A DNA stretch of 64,000 bases from Histomonas meleagridis 2922-C6/04-290x (GCA_020184695.1 JAANOX010000244.1:62001-126000); one strand, 5' to 3'; positions 24,404 to 36,711 are shown, numbered from the stretch's first letter. The notes: a model not told the origin generated them from the letters alone. Made by a program: numbers and translations.

Positions 24404-25465
24404 ATGTCCGTCAAAAAAGCAAAGAAAGTTTTTTCCTGGGACCAATATCACGAGAGACAAATAGCCCTTAGAATTAACTATCTCGGGTGCGATTTGAAGG
24501 GATTTGTTCATCAGCAAACAACCACAGAAACTGTTGAAAATTATCTTTTCCAAGCATTTGAACGTGCTCGATTAATCAAAGACAGAAATGATTGTCACTA
24601 TTCTTTATGTGGTAGAACTGATGCAGGCGTTTCAGGAATTGGAAATGTCATTTCAATTCGAGTTCGTTCAGTATATCCATATGGGACAGGTTCTATAAAA
24701 AATGAAGGTGCTCCCATTAAAGAAGAAGAGATTAACTATGTTCAAATCCTTAATGGTATTCTTCCCCCAATAATTCGAGTAACTGCCATAGCCTATGTCA
24801 ATCCTGATTTTAATGCACGATTTGAATGTACTTCTCGTAGCTACAGATACCTCTTTCATCTATTTGATATGGATATTGAAAAAATGCGAGAAGCAGCAAG
24901 TTATCTTATAGGAACACATGATTATCGAAACTTTTGCAAATTTTCACCCAGTAACACAACACACTGTATCCGTGAGATCTATAGTATAGATTTCAACGAG
25001 ATTAATGATGGTGTATGGTATTTCCAAATATGTGGTTCAGGATTTATCTGGCATCAAATTCGTTGTATTGCTGCGATATTATTTCTTATAGGCCAAGGAC
25101 TCGAAGAGCCGTCTTTAGTCACCGAACTTTTAGATATCAACAAATTTCCAGGTCGACCACAATATCAAATTGCTGATCCAGAACCACTTGTTTTTTGGAT
25201 GGCTGAGTATGATAACTTGGAATGGAAAGAGTCAAATGAGCCGACGGGAAAGTTTAAGTTTGCTTTTAATGAAATGTTAAAGAAAGAAAACATTAAATGT
25301 GCGTTACTTACGTTCTTTAATGGTGGAAAAGCATTTAAATCTGAAGGACCGAAGTCATATACACCGGTAGCGAAGTTGCAACAATGTAAATCGGTGGAAG
25401 AATTGATAGAGGAATATAGAAAAGAGAAAGATGAACAACAAGAAAACGATGAAGGATTTGAATAA
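24404..25465 (+). CDS. tRNA pseudouridine synthase, TruA family (Pus3/Deg1-like)
   Basis: YSLCGRTDAGVSG (catalytic Asp), FNARFECTSRSYRY, GTHDYRNFCK, GSGFIWHQIRCI. Confidence 0.9.
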   Translation: MSVKKAKKVFSWDQYHERQIALRINYLGCDLKGFVHQQTTTETVENYLFQAFERARLIKDRNDCHYSLCGRTDAGVSGIGNVISIRVRSVYPYGTGSIKNEGAPIKEEEINYVQILNGILPPIIRVTAIAYVNPDFNARFECTSRSYRYLFHLFDMDIEKMREAASYLIGTHDYRNFCKFSPSNTTHCIREIYSIDFNEINDGVWYFQICGSGFIWHQIRCIAAILFLIGQGLEEPSLVTELLDINKFPGRPQYQIADPEPLVFWMAEYDNLEWKESNEPTGKFKFAFNEMLKKENIKCALLTFFNGGKAFKSEGPKSYTPVAKLQQCKSVEELIEEYRKEKDEQQENDEGFE

Positions 25466-25780
25466 ATTATATATATTTGAGCTAAAATTAAAAATATTTT
25501 TGTGATTGAATTGAATTTAAAAATTATAGAGCGCGTTAATTAAATGGAAATAAAAGGGAAACATCAGGAAGAAGATGAAAAGAAGGAACGAGTAAAAATA
25601 GTAAGCTAATCTAATTTCATGAAAAATCTTCCGGAACAACAAAAAATTAAATATGACTCTTGTTGATATTTGAGTGAATCGATTACGAAAAGAAGAAAAA
25701 TATTTTATTTGCAGAAATATTTATTAAAGTAAAATAGTGATAAATGAAAAAGCTTCTTTATCAAAATATCATAAATGAAA

Positions 25781-26900
25781 TTAAATATTTTCGATGGCGT
25801 TATCTTCTTTGAAGTCTTCTGCAAATGGATCTTCTTCAATCGTTGATATTGGTAATGCATTAATTTCATTTAATGGTTGATCATTATTTTCATCAATACT
25901 ATTTAAGTTTTCTGATTGTTGTTTGTTCATTCGTATTCGAATAAGTAATACAATGAGAATTATTATGATAATAATTATGAAAATAACAACTCCAATGATT
26001 ACATAAATATATGTTTTGCTATTGTTATTAGTTACATTGTCATTTGATGTTAATAATGTGAAAAATATCGAATAGAAACTAAAATATGATGGATACGCTA
26101 TGACTGTATATTCATAATATATTACTTCTGTGGAAATATATGTAAATATCGAATTAATATTTGAAAGTGAATATGTAAATGAGAAACTGTATGTGTGAAT
26201 GCTTATTGATTGTGTATACGAAAGTAAATATGTTAATGTAATAGTCATAGATAAATTGTTTTGATGTGAATTAATTGTATTCAACTGTGTAAAAGTATTT
26301 GATTTTGTGGATGCTTGTTAATATTTAAAGAAGTGCATGAACTAAATGCATAACTTCCAATTGCTGTAACTGATGATGGAATTTTGATATTATTTAAAGA
26401 AGTACATCCTCGTTATAACACTTTCACCAACAGAAACTGTCATTAAATTTGAACATAACTGAAATGCATTGTTTCCAATATTTTCAACTGAATTTGGAAT
26501 TGTAATACTTGCTAATGAAATACATATATAAAAAAAACTTCTTCTTCAATATTTGTAACATATGTTTATACATGTTCAAATGCTCGTCTTCCAATAATTA
26601 TAACTGAATTCGGAATTTTTAAATTTTGTAATGATAAGCATCCAAGAAATGAACCTCCTCCAATGATAGAAATATTTTTTCCAATATAAACATTAGTTAA
26701 ATTTATGTATAATTGAAATGAATAATTTTCACGAATTTTAACTGAATTTGGAATGATGATACTCGTCAATGATGAACATTTGCAAATGCACTTTCACTAA
26801 TTACAATAACATTTACACCTATCGAAAAAGTTGTTAAATTTAAACATCTTTGAATTGTATTACTGTTAATAATTTCGACTGAATTTGGAATTGTAATACT
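25781..26900 (-). pseudogene. Degraded BspA-like gene (LRR fragments, Ser/Thr stalk, TM, EEDPFAEDF tail)
   Basis: Several short out-of-frame LRR ORFs (IPNSVxxIGxxAF) lie upstream of ORF 25781-26284. The tail is homologous to that of 33970-34383. The 5' boundary is approximate. Confidence 0.75.
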
Positions 26901-26975
26901 ACAATTTATTAATGATTGATATGAACGGTTGCTCAAAAACGTTAAGTCACTTAATCTGGGTGTTAAACTTCATAT

Positions 26976-29900
26976 ATGAAAACTCGTTCGAATAGAAACC
27001 CATTGAATATTCGTTCGAAAACACCTGAGATAAATTCAGAAAAAATTATAAAGACAAACCAAAAATCATCAAATAATAATTCAGGAAGATCAATTAAAAA
27101 AAAAAGTCCAACTCCATTACAATCACTTGAAACCATTATTTTCAAATTAACAGAAGATAATTTTGAATTATCATCTCAAACTGCAATGAGATTTTTTAAT
27201 GATAATTTTCCTTATTCATTTAATATTTTAATTAGCAGATTAATCTATAGTGCTTTTATGTCACAAAGGAAAGAAGCAAATTTATACTTTAACTTTTTAA
27301 AATGTATTGAGTTAAAAGAAGAAAATATCCAATGCTATAAGATATTATATGTTTTCGAAAGATATTTAATTAAGTTAAAATCACAAGAATCAAATTATTT
27401 ACTTAATAAAATGGTTGAAAATGAATTCATTCAACCGGATTTTATAAAACAAAAGAATTCATTATATTTTGCGCATTATTATACAAAAGAAGAAATACTT
27501 CGATTCAAACCTTTTGGTTCACAGCAATTACAAGCAAATTTTTTTAATAATTATGAAGAACTATCAAAGAATGATTGGGAACTTCACAAACAATTAATTA
27601 AAGAAGGAGTTAATCCAAATGAAATATCAAAAATGGTTAGAAATGATGAAATAGAAAAACTTCAAGAAATAACATCACAAAGTATTTTTGATTTGAATCA
27701 AACAATTGAACCATCACTTTATGAAAGATATTCATTCATTAATCAAGAAAATGTTAGATTAATTGATTATGCAGCATTTTTTTCAGCAGTTAAATGCTTT
27801 AAATATTTACTTATGAATGGTGCAAATGTAAATAACGCAGGTAAATATGCAATTGCAGGCGGAAATGAAGAAATCATTCATTTATGTGAACAAAATCATT
27901 CATCATTTAAAGATGCATATGAAACAGCAATTGAATTTCATCAAAATGATATCTTTAAATATCTTTATGAAAACAATAATAATAAAATCAAAGATTTAAA
28001 TAAATTCGGAAATCTCAGCTTAAAATATAGTAATTTCAAAATGTTTATATATTTAACATCAGTTGGATTAAAAATAAGCAAAGAGATTCTGGAAAAAGCA
28101 ATAAAAATTGGAAATGTATTCTTTCTAAATCGCTATATTAAAAACAAACAATATTTTTCAATCATATGTAGTTCTCCATGTTCAACAAGAAATTATGAGA
28201 TAATTAAATTAGTTCTTGAGCAAAACAATTCTAATAAATCATCAGATAATATTTATTTAATTAATTTTATATTTGTTTTGATAACTTTATTTTTAATAAA
28301 AATTTTCTTAATTTATTTAAATTATTTAATATACAACTTTTAAATGCAGCAGAAAAAGGTTACGTTGATACAGTGCAATGGCTTGTCAAGCAAAAAGGAT
28401 TTAAATATAATCAGCAAGATATCTTAATTCATAACTTTTTGATTAAATTTATTATTTGATATTTATTTCGATTATTTGAAACAGCACTTATTGTTGCGTC
28501 TAAAAATAATCATATCAAAATAGTTAAAATACTTTTGGATTGTAAAGGTATCAATATTAATGCTAAAAGCGTATATTTGTTTTATTTTGTATTTCTTTTA
28601 ATAATTTTATATTTCAAAATAATATTTGGAAATTGTTTAAATTATTTAAAACAGCACTTATGCTTTCATCTGAAAATGGTTATACAGAAATAGTTAAATT
28701 ACTTCTTAAACAAGAAGGAGTTGATATTAATGCAAAAGATATTTATTTATTTTATTTAGTGTATGTTTTAATAATTTTATATTTCAAAGAAATTTTTGGA
28801 GATTATACAGCACTTATATTAGCATCTTATAATGGTCATACAGAAATAGTTAAATTACTTCTAAAACAAGAAGGAGTTGATATTAATGCAAAAGATATTT
28901 ATTTGTTTGATTTATTATTCATTTTAATAATTTAACATTTCAAAATAATATAAGGAAATTATTTAAATTATTTAGAACAGCACTTATTTATGCATCTCAA
29001 AAACATCATACAGATATTGTTAAATTACTTCTTGAACAAAACAAAATTAATATTAATGCTCAAGATGTTTTTATTTTTTATTTAAAATTTGTTTTAATAA
29101 TTTACTATTTCAAAATAATATTTGGAAATTATTTAAATTATTTAAAACAGCACTTATGCATGCATCTCAAAATGATCATACAGAAATAGTAAAATTACTT
29201 CTTGAACAAAAAGAAATTGATATCAATGCGAAAGATATTTATATATTTTATTTAAAATTTATTTTAATAATTTTGGATTTCATAATAAAACTTGGAAATT
29301 ATTTTAATTATTTATAACAGCACTTATGCATGCATCTCAAAATGATCATACAGAAATAGTAAAATTACTTCTTGAACAAAAAGAAATTGATATCAATGCG
29401 AAAGATATTTATATATTTTATTTAAAATTTATTTTAATAATTTTGGATTTCATAATAAAACTTGGAAATTATTTTAATTATTTATAACAGCACTTATGCA
29501 TGCAGCTAAAAACGGTAAGAAAGAAATAGTACAAATTTTACTTGAACAAAAAGAAATTGATATCAATGCGAAAGATATTTATATATTTTATTTAAAATTT
29601 ATTTTAATAATTTTATATTTCAAAATAATATTTGGAAATTATTTAAATTATTTAAAACAGCACTTATGCATGCATCTCAAAATGATCATACAGAAATAGT
29701 AAAATTACTTCTTGAACATGAAGGAATTGATATCAATGCGAAAGATATTTATATGTTTTTACTTAGTATTTATATATTTTATTTAAAATTCATTTTAATA
29801 ATTTGATATTTCAAAATAATATTTGAAATTAATTCGGTAAATTTAGAACCGCACTTATACATGCGTCTGAAAATGGTAAGAAAGAAATAGTACAAATATT

Positions 29901-31274
29901 ACTTGAACAAAAAGGAATTGATATCAATGCGAAAGATATTTATTTACTTTATTTGATATTTGTTTTAATAATTTTGTATTCCAATACATTAATTGGAAAT
30001 TAATCGAATTATTTAATACAGCACTTATTTTAGCTTCTATGTGTGACAGGAGTGAAATTGTTAAATTACTTCTTGAAAAAAAAGGTAATGATGTTAATGC
30101 AAGAAAAAAAATTTATTTGCTATAAAATATATTTACTTCAATAATATGATATTTCAAAATAATATTTAGAAATTATTTAATTTATTTGAAACAGCACTTA
30201 TTTGTGCGTCTGAAAGAGGTCATACAGAAATAGTTAAATTACTTCTTGAACAAGAAGGAATTGATATAAATGCTAAAAATATAATTTATTTTAATGATTT
30301 TCTATTTTAAAATATTATTTGGGAATTATTTAAATTATTTGAAACAGCACTTATAATGGCATCCAAAAAAGGTTATACAGAAATAGTTAAATTACTTCTT
30401 GAGCAAGAAGGAATTGATATTAATGCAAAAAATATTTATTTATATGATTTGATACTTATTTTATTAATTTAATTTTTCAAAATAATATTTGGAAATTATG
30501 CAAATTATTTAACACAGCACTTATTTCCGCTGCGCAACAGGATCACGAAGATATTATTCAAATACTTATTAAACAAAAAGGAATTGATTTTGATTCACAA
30601 AATGTTTTTATACTAAATCCAAATTTTGTTTTGACGTTTTTTGATTTCACTAAAAAATTTGGAATTCTTTTTAATTATTTGAAACAATACTTATGTTAAC
30701 GATAAAAAAAGGTTATCTTGAAGTTGTTACATTTCTTTTGAAACAAAAAGAAATTCATATTAATAAGAAAAATATTTGTTTGTCATTACTAAAGTTTTCA
30801 TCAATAGTTTCATGTTTCTAATAAAAATAAGGGATTTATATGATTTATTTGATATGGCACTATTAGTTGCAGCTCAGGTTGGTGATATCGAAATGATTAA
30901 ATTACTTCTTCAACAAGAAGGAATTAAGATTAATGAAAAAAATATTTTAATCTTTTGTTTGAAGATCATTTTCACTATTTGATGTATAAAAAAAATAATT
31001 GGAATCTGTTTTACCTATTTAATACAGCACTTATGATTGCGTCTTCAAATGGTAATCTTGAGTTAGTTAAACTACTACTTCAGCAAAAAGAAATCAATGT
31101 CAATTTGAAAAATACTTTTTTATTGATTTTAAAGTGGTGTTTATTCAAGTTAATTACAAATTCTTTTTTTGGAATTTACATAAAACATTTCATACAGCAC
31201 TTTCATATGCAATTTCCAGACATCATTCTCAGGTAGTTGAAGTTCTTCGCGCAAATCTCAATATTAATAAATAA
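26976..31274 (+). CDS. DUF3447-type N-terminal domain plus 18 ankyrin repeats; frame restored only by removing 69-70 spacers of 17(18) nt (about 1035-1041 aa)
   Basis: Continuous ORF 26976-28250, then 90-nt stop-free ankyrin cores (TALxxAxxNGHTEIVKLLLEQxGIDINAKD) alternating with linkers. 4299 nt minus 69x17 = 3126 nt, in frame to TAA at 31272-31274. Confidence 0.8.
28251..31193 (+). repeat. 170-nt-period tandem array (90-nt ankyrin core + 80-nt linker of 4 x [17-nt spacer + 1 codon])
   Basis: 14 of 18 linkers are exactly 80 nt; the others are 60, 66, 101 and 63 nt. 29151-29320 and 29321-29490 are identical. Confidence 0.92.
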
Positions 31275-32220
31275 AAAGCCATTATAACTTATAACTTATG
31301 TTGGTTCATATCCTTTGAAATAAATGCACGTTAGTTTGCTAAAATTAGCTTGAATACAATGAAGAAAATGCGAATCTCCAAACGCTGTTACATTTTATCC
31401 AATGATAGCTGTTTATGATTGGATCGGAATTTTGGCTGTTTTCTTAAATTAAGTTTGTTTGCATATCTTCATGCAATTGAATTTTTTAACATATTTTAAC
31501 TCTACCTAAATCGTTGTATATCACATTTCCGATGAATAGTCCCTGATTAAGGTTTATGACACCCTTATATCACATTAATTTCAGCTTTACGATTCGTATT
31601 GAAATAAGGATTCTATCCAACTATTTGAATTCAAGCATTTAAATACAATCTCTGCGATTTTTTTTTTTTTTTAGTATTTGTTTTAAAAAATCAAAATAAT
31701 GGTTGTTGCTTTGTTTCTGTCGAAAATGTATAGGCATGAAGCACTGATAAAACTTGGATTAACCTAATTAAAAAATTGGAATAGTTTAAGAATACCAAGG
31801 ATAATTAGTGTATGTTAGGCAGGAAAGGAGCTATCATCAAAAATAATAAGTAATTTTTTTTTAAATGTTCATTGTTCAAGAAGATAATTTCTTTAAAGAA
31901 ATTTAAATGCTTTTGAATTAATCAGATTTTAATTTGACTGTAAAAAACGGTTAGATTTAAAAATAATTGAAATGAAAATTTTATTTGAAAGCTCAGTATT
32001 GAATTATTGTTGTATTGAGTGATTTTGATCGTTCTGCGTGTAAAATTGCTCTGAAAACAGAAAGATTTTGTATCAAGTTAAAAGCGAAAATGATAACACA
32101 ACAATATCATCTCACTTATAATTGTTTATGACTTGTATCGATTAAATTTTTGATGACACTCTCAATTTCAGATGGAAAACAATAGGTTTCATACATTTTT
32201 GATGAAAATTTGAAGGTTAT

Positions 32221-34383
32221 TTGTTCGAGTTAAAATCAAAAATATATCTTCCAATTGCAATCGTCAAATCGATGGAAAATAATGAAATATACCTATTAGT
32301 GACTCTCAGCATTCATTTTATTGACTTTATTTTCAACATATTTTATGATGAAAATATTCTTCATAAAAATATAAAATATATAAATATCAAAGACAAAAAT
32401 AAAACAACAAATAAACAGATCCATAACGAATATCCTCACTATTCGTTAAATAATATCAAAAATCATTCAAATAACAAAAATTTATTTTTTTCATATGAAA
32501 AGATTTATCAAATAAGTTATAAATATTATTATTTATTAAGTCCTTCATTTATAAAATTCTTTGATATGTTTAAAAAATGTTTCGAATTAACTTCTTCTTT
32601 AAAATTTAAAAATAACTTTATTTATTCTTTCAGAAAAAATTTATTTTATTTTGATATTTATAAAATGAATAATATAAATATATTTTGTTTTTTATTGAGG
32701 AATTTCTTTTGTTCCATATTTAGATCAATAATTAACAATTTGTATATATATTATTTCATTTTCAATCATATTTAATATTCTTTTTCTTATTACTAAATAT
32801 TTTTATAAAAGTTATTTAATTTATGCTAAAAATAAACAAAATTTTAAAATATTTTCAATTTTGATTATTATATTTTTTGTTAATACAAAACAATCGATGA
32901 AACAACTAAAACACTCACAATATCTGATTTCAATGATTATTCAAAAGATTATATGAATGTTACTGAGCACGTTATAATTATTAATGTTGGAGAGCTTGAA
33001 AATAATGCGTTCATAGAATGGCCTTTATTAACAACAGTAATAATTGGAGAAGCAGTTGGAAATATAAATAGTGGAGCATTTGCATCATGTAAACAATTAG
33101 AATATGTCCAATTTCCAGATAAATTAATGAGTTCAATTGGAGGTGGTGCATTTGAAGAATGTATTTCATTAAATAATATTACAATTCGTTGTAATAGCAT
33201 TGGTGGTAATGCATTTTACAAATGTACAGGACTTGAAACGATAACTTTGAATGAAGGCGTACGAAGTATTGGCTCAGATGCATTCAGAGGATGTACAAAC
33301 CTTGTGAATATTTATATACCAAGTTCTGTTACTTCAATTGGTTATCCATTTTTAGAATGTACAAAACTTCAATTTATTAATGTTTCAGATGAAAATTTTA
33401 AATATTCGAATTATGAAAATGATGGCGTTTTATATAATAAAGAAATTACACAAATTATTAGTTATCCAAATATGAAAAGTAAAACATTTACAATTCCTAA
33501 TTCAGTCACTTCGATTATGAATTATTCTTTTGCTTATTGTAATAATTTAGAAAGAATTTTTATTGGTGAAAATGTTAAATATATTAATTCTTGTGCATTT
33601 CTTAATTGTGCATCACTTCAATGTATTCATTTTTATGGAGAAATTTCACCAGAAATCCAAAATGATGCATTTGTTAATATAAATGCTACAACAGTTATGA
33701 CAATAGAAACATATCAAAATGAAACATTTGGAAATATGAATATTACTAAGGGAACAACACTTGACGAATGTCTTCCGCCAACACTCACATTCACCAACTC
33801 AAATACATTTACAAAATTAAATACATTTACTGAATCGGATTCACTAACTGCATCAGTTGCTCATTCATCTGATGTAACTTTATCTTTAACACATTCGTTC
33901 ACTTAAACTCAGTCATTATCTATTACACTTTCGATTACATTTTATAGTAAATACATAAATACAATTTCATTGTTAACATTTGAATCCACTTATAGTTATA
34001 TATCGACAAATGTCATTTATTACGATTACACTGTTATATATTATTCGTCTTATTATAGTTATTATTATGACTTTTATACATTAGTTGTCACTGATGTTAC
34101 ACCAAAAGATAATTCGATATCAAATGAATTGTTAATTGGTATTATATGCGGCGCTATTGTGATAGTTTTGATAATTGTCGGAATTGTAATATTTATGATT
34201 AAATATCAAAATAAGAAGCGAAAACAAAATGAAGAAGAAATGAATATTTCAGATGAAAATAATAATAATAATAAAATTAATGAAATCGATAATACATTTT
34301 CAGTTGGGATTAATAATTCAAATATTGAAGAAGATCCATTTGCAGACGATTTCAAAGAAGAAAAATTTATAAGTCAGATATAA
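32221..34383 (+). pseudogene. BspA-like LRR/Ser-Thr-stalk/TM gene broken by in-frame TAA codons (32881-32883, 33904-33906) and a probable 5' disruption
   Basis: ORFs 32953-33906 and 33970-34383 are in frame, with 21 open codons after the TAA. Upstream ORF 32221-32775 resembles the N-terminal extension of 46338-47969 (YPHYS vs YPFYH). Confidence 0.7.
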
Positions 34384-34755
34384 ATAAACATATTTTAAGA
34401 ACAAAATAATTTTTTTTATTAATAAAAGATAAATTCTTTTTGTTATTTGGCAAATCTTATGTTTCCTTCTATTATATATTATATATTATATTTTTATCAT
34501 AGGTATGCAATAAAAACATTAAATTTTCATATAAGATTGTTTTCTTCAAAGTAAATGGTTCTTCTTTAATAGTTGATAAATTAATAACATATTCTGTTGT
34601 AATATCTTCGTTATTGATTGGATTTTCATAACTATTTTCTTGACAACTTAAAAATATTATTTCGTTTAGCTTGACGATGCGAATCTTTTTAATATGGATT
34701 CTTTTAAGAAGTGAAATACTTATAATAACGAGACCTTAAAAGTTTTCATACATTT

Positions 34756-36711
34756 TTAATCTTTTGTTTTTTCTTGAAAATCTTCTGTTGACTTTTTATG
34801 ATGTTCTTTTAAATATTGGATCTTTTGATCCTTTTTTTGAACCACATTTATTAAAATTTTATTATCGGACTTAAGTTGAGAGTTTGAAATTTTTAATTTT
34901 TTCCTTTTATATCTTTCAATTTCTAAAATCCTCAGTGCAACTTTTTTCATTTTTATTTCTAATTCTTTTTTAGTTTGTATAATATCTTTTTTCATTTGCA
35001 AAACTTGTAAAGAATGCGAATGTTTTTCTTTGATATATTTTTCTTTTAGTTTATCAAATATCTTTTGAAGTTTATTATATTTCTCTTGAAGCTGATCCAT
35101 GCGTTTGTTTAACGCAATAAGTTTCAAATTGGATATTTCAATTAATGATTTTTTATGATTGTTAAATATTTCTTTTTGACTTTCTTTAGGATTAAAATCT
35201 TTTCCCTTATTCTTTATGGTATCAATTTCATTTTGTTTCATTGATATTTCCTGAATAGCAATAGACAGTTTCTTTTCAAGTGATTTATGATAAGTTCGAT
35301 CATCAAATTTAGTGTTTTGAAAGGAATCAATAAAATCAAGCGTAGATGGAAGTAATGAGTTTTTAGTATTACATTTTATTATAACAAATTTAATAAATGA
35401 TATACAACGTGAAAGTTCTTTTTCTTTATTTTCTCTAAGAGTTATTTCTTTATTAATTTTATCTCGAAGTTTATTAATAGTTTGTTCAGTTTCTATCTGT
35501 TTATTTATTAACAAAGATGTTTTTTCATTATTTAATGAATTTACTTCCTTTCTTAATTTTGAGCAGATGCTTTGGAAATCATTTACAAGTTTCCTCAAAA
35601 TATGGTTAATCTCAAAAGATTCACGAAGTATTATAATTAACTTTTCATTATCATCATTATCATGCTTTTCTATGAACTTTTTAATATCCTCCGAAAGTTT
35701 TGATGGATTTATACTTGAATTATAAAAAGAAAATTCATCGTCAAAACCTTGCGCATATTCTTTGATGAGTTCTACAAGTTTTTCAGCTTCTTTTAAGAAA
35801 GTATCAATGGTATTTTGCTCATTAATTATTAGATGCTTATTTAAATATTCAACAAATTTAAAATGATTATTGAGTTCACTATATTGATTTGATATTATTT
35901 TATTTTGTTCAGCAATTAAAGTTTTTATTAAGTTAATAATGCTTTTATCAAATGATTCTTCTTTAAATAAATCAATTAAATCGATTTTATTGTTTTGCTT
36001 TAATAAATTGATAATTTTGTTTTTAATTTTTTTGGTAATTTCTTCTTTGGATTGTTTTAGTAAAGAATTGGAATTTTGTTGTTGTGCTGAAAGAATGTCA
36101 TCATACTTAGATAAAAGCAGTGATTGCTTTGATATGATTGACGTAAGAATTTGCCTTTGATTTGAATAATCAAAAAGCTCTTCTGCTTGTTGCAAAAGTT
36201 GTTGAAAAATGATTTCATTTTCTTTTTTTAGGTTATGATCAACATGAATTGTGCTTTCGGGATTTTTTAGAGAATCACTTAAATTGCTGCTTTGCTTGGC
36301 TTCTTTAAACTTTTGTTTATAATTACTTGATTTGCGTATCATTGAAATTTGATTGTGGAGATCATGAATTGTGGCCTTTAATGAAGAAATTCGTTCTGAT
36401 TTTACTCTTTCGGAAATTAATGTAGGAATTTCTTTTTTGTTGTTTAGGTTCACTTTTTCTCCTATTTGGAAAAAATCAAATATATAATTCAAAATTTCGT
36501 GTTGAAATTGGTTAACTTTAAGCAACGAATTAATTAAGATATTTGATTTGGAATTAACTATTTCTTGATTTGACATATCAAATTCTGAAAAATTATGAAA
36601 CTTTTCTTGAACCATATTTAAATCTTTAATCGAAAAAAATTCCTTCTCCTGAAAGCTTTTAAGTTCATGAAAAAATGTACTGTCGGAATGACTTTCATTT
36701 GTTTTTAACAT
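34756..36711 (-). CDS. Hypothetical coiled-coil protein
   Basis: 651-aa ORF, K/E/Q/N/L-rich heptads, no recognisable catalytic motif. Confidence 0.7.
   Translation of the reverse strand: MLKTNESHSDSTFFHELKSFQEKEFFSIKDLNMVQEKFHNFSEFDMSNQEIVNSKSNILINSLLKVNQFQHEILNYIFDFFQIGEKVNLNNKKEIPTLISERVKSERISSLKATIHDLHNQISMIRKSSNYKQKFKEAKQSSNLSDSLKNPESTIHVDHNLKKENEIIFQQLLQQAEELFDYSNQRQILTSIISKQSLLLSKYDDILSAQQQNSNSLLKQSKEEITKKIKNKIINLLKQNNKIDLIDLFKEESFDKSIINLIKTLIAEQNKIISNQYSELNNHFKFVEYLNKHLIINEQNTIDTFLKEAEKLVELIKEYAQGFDDEFSFYNSSINPSKLSEDIKKFIEKHDNDDNEKLIIILRESFEINHILRKLVNDFQSICSKLRKEVNSLNNEKTSLLINKQIETEQTINKLRDKINKEITLRENKEKELSRCISFIKFVIIKCNTKNSLLPSTLDFIDSFQNTKFDDRTYHKSLEKKLSIAIQEISMKQNEIDTIKNKGKDFNPKESQKEIFNNHKKSLIEISNLKLIALNKRMDQLQEKYNKLQKIFDKLKEKYIKEKHSHSLQVLQMKKDIIQTKKELEIKMKKVALRILEIERYKRKKLKISNSQLKSDNKILINVVQKKDQKIQYLKEHHKKSTEDFQEKTKD

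Noticed and set aside
29602-29656. Hairpin in the linker (AATAATTT...AAATTATT and TTTC..GAAA) as the processing signal
   Set aside because: The pairing is almost all A-U, I saw no clear compensatory changes, and it is absent from single-unit linkers of the minus-strand gene.
28251-31193. CRISPR-like array
   Set aside because: Eukaryotic context, the repeats encode ankyrin cores, the spacers are homologous to each other, and there are no cas genes.
28571-31197. Treating each 80-nt linker as one canonical intron ending at ...AAACAG
   Set aside because: The AG comes from the conserved ACA GCA (Thr-Ala) codons and is absent where the core starts ACA CCT or ACC GCA. Most linkers start AT rather than GT. 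Removing the whole linker would delete the conserved Thr and the Gly.
28633-31236. Short ORFs with hydrophobic IYLFYL...FGNY segments read as TM-containing ankyrin proteins
   Set aside because: These are translations of the U-rich spacers. Most linkers shift frame or contain stops.
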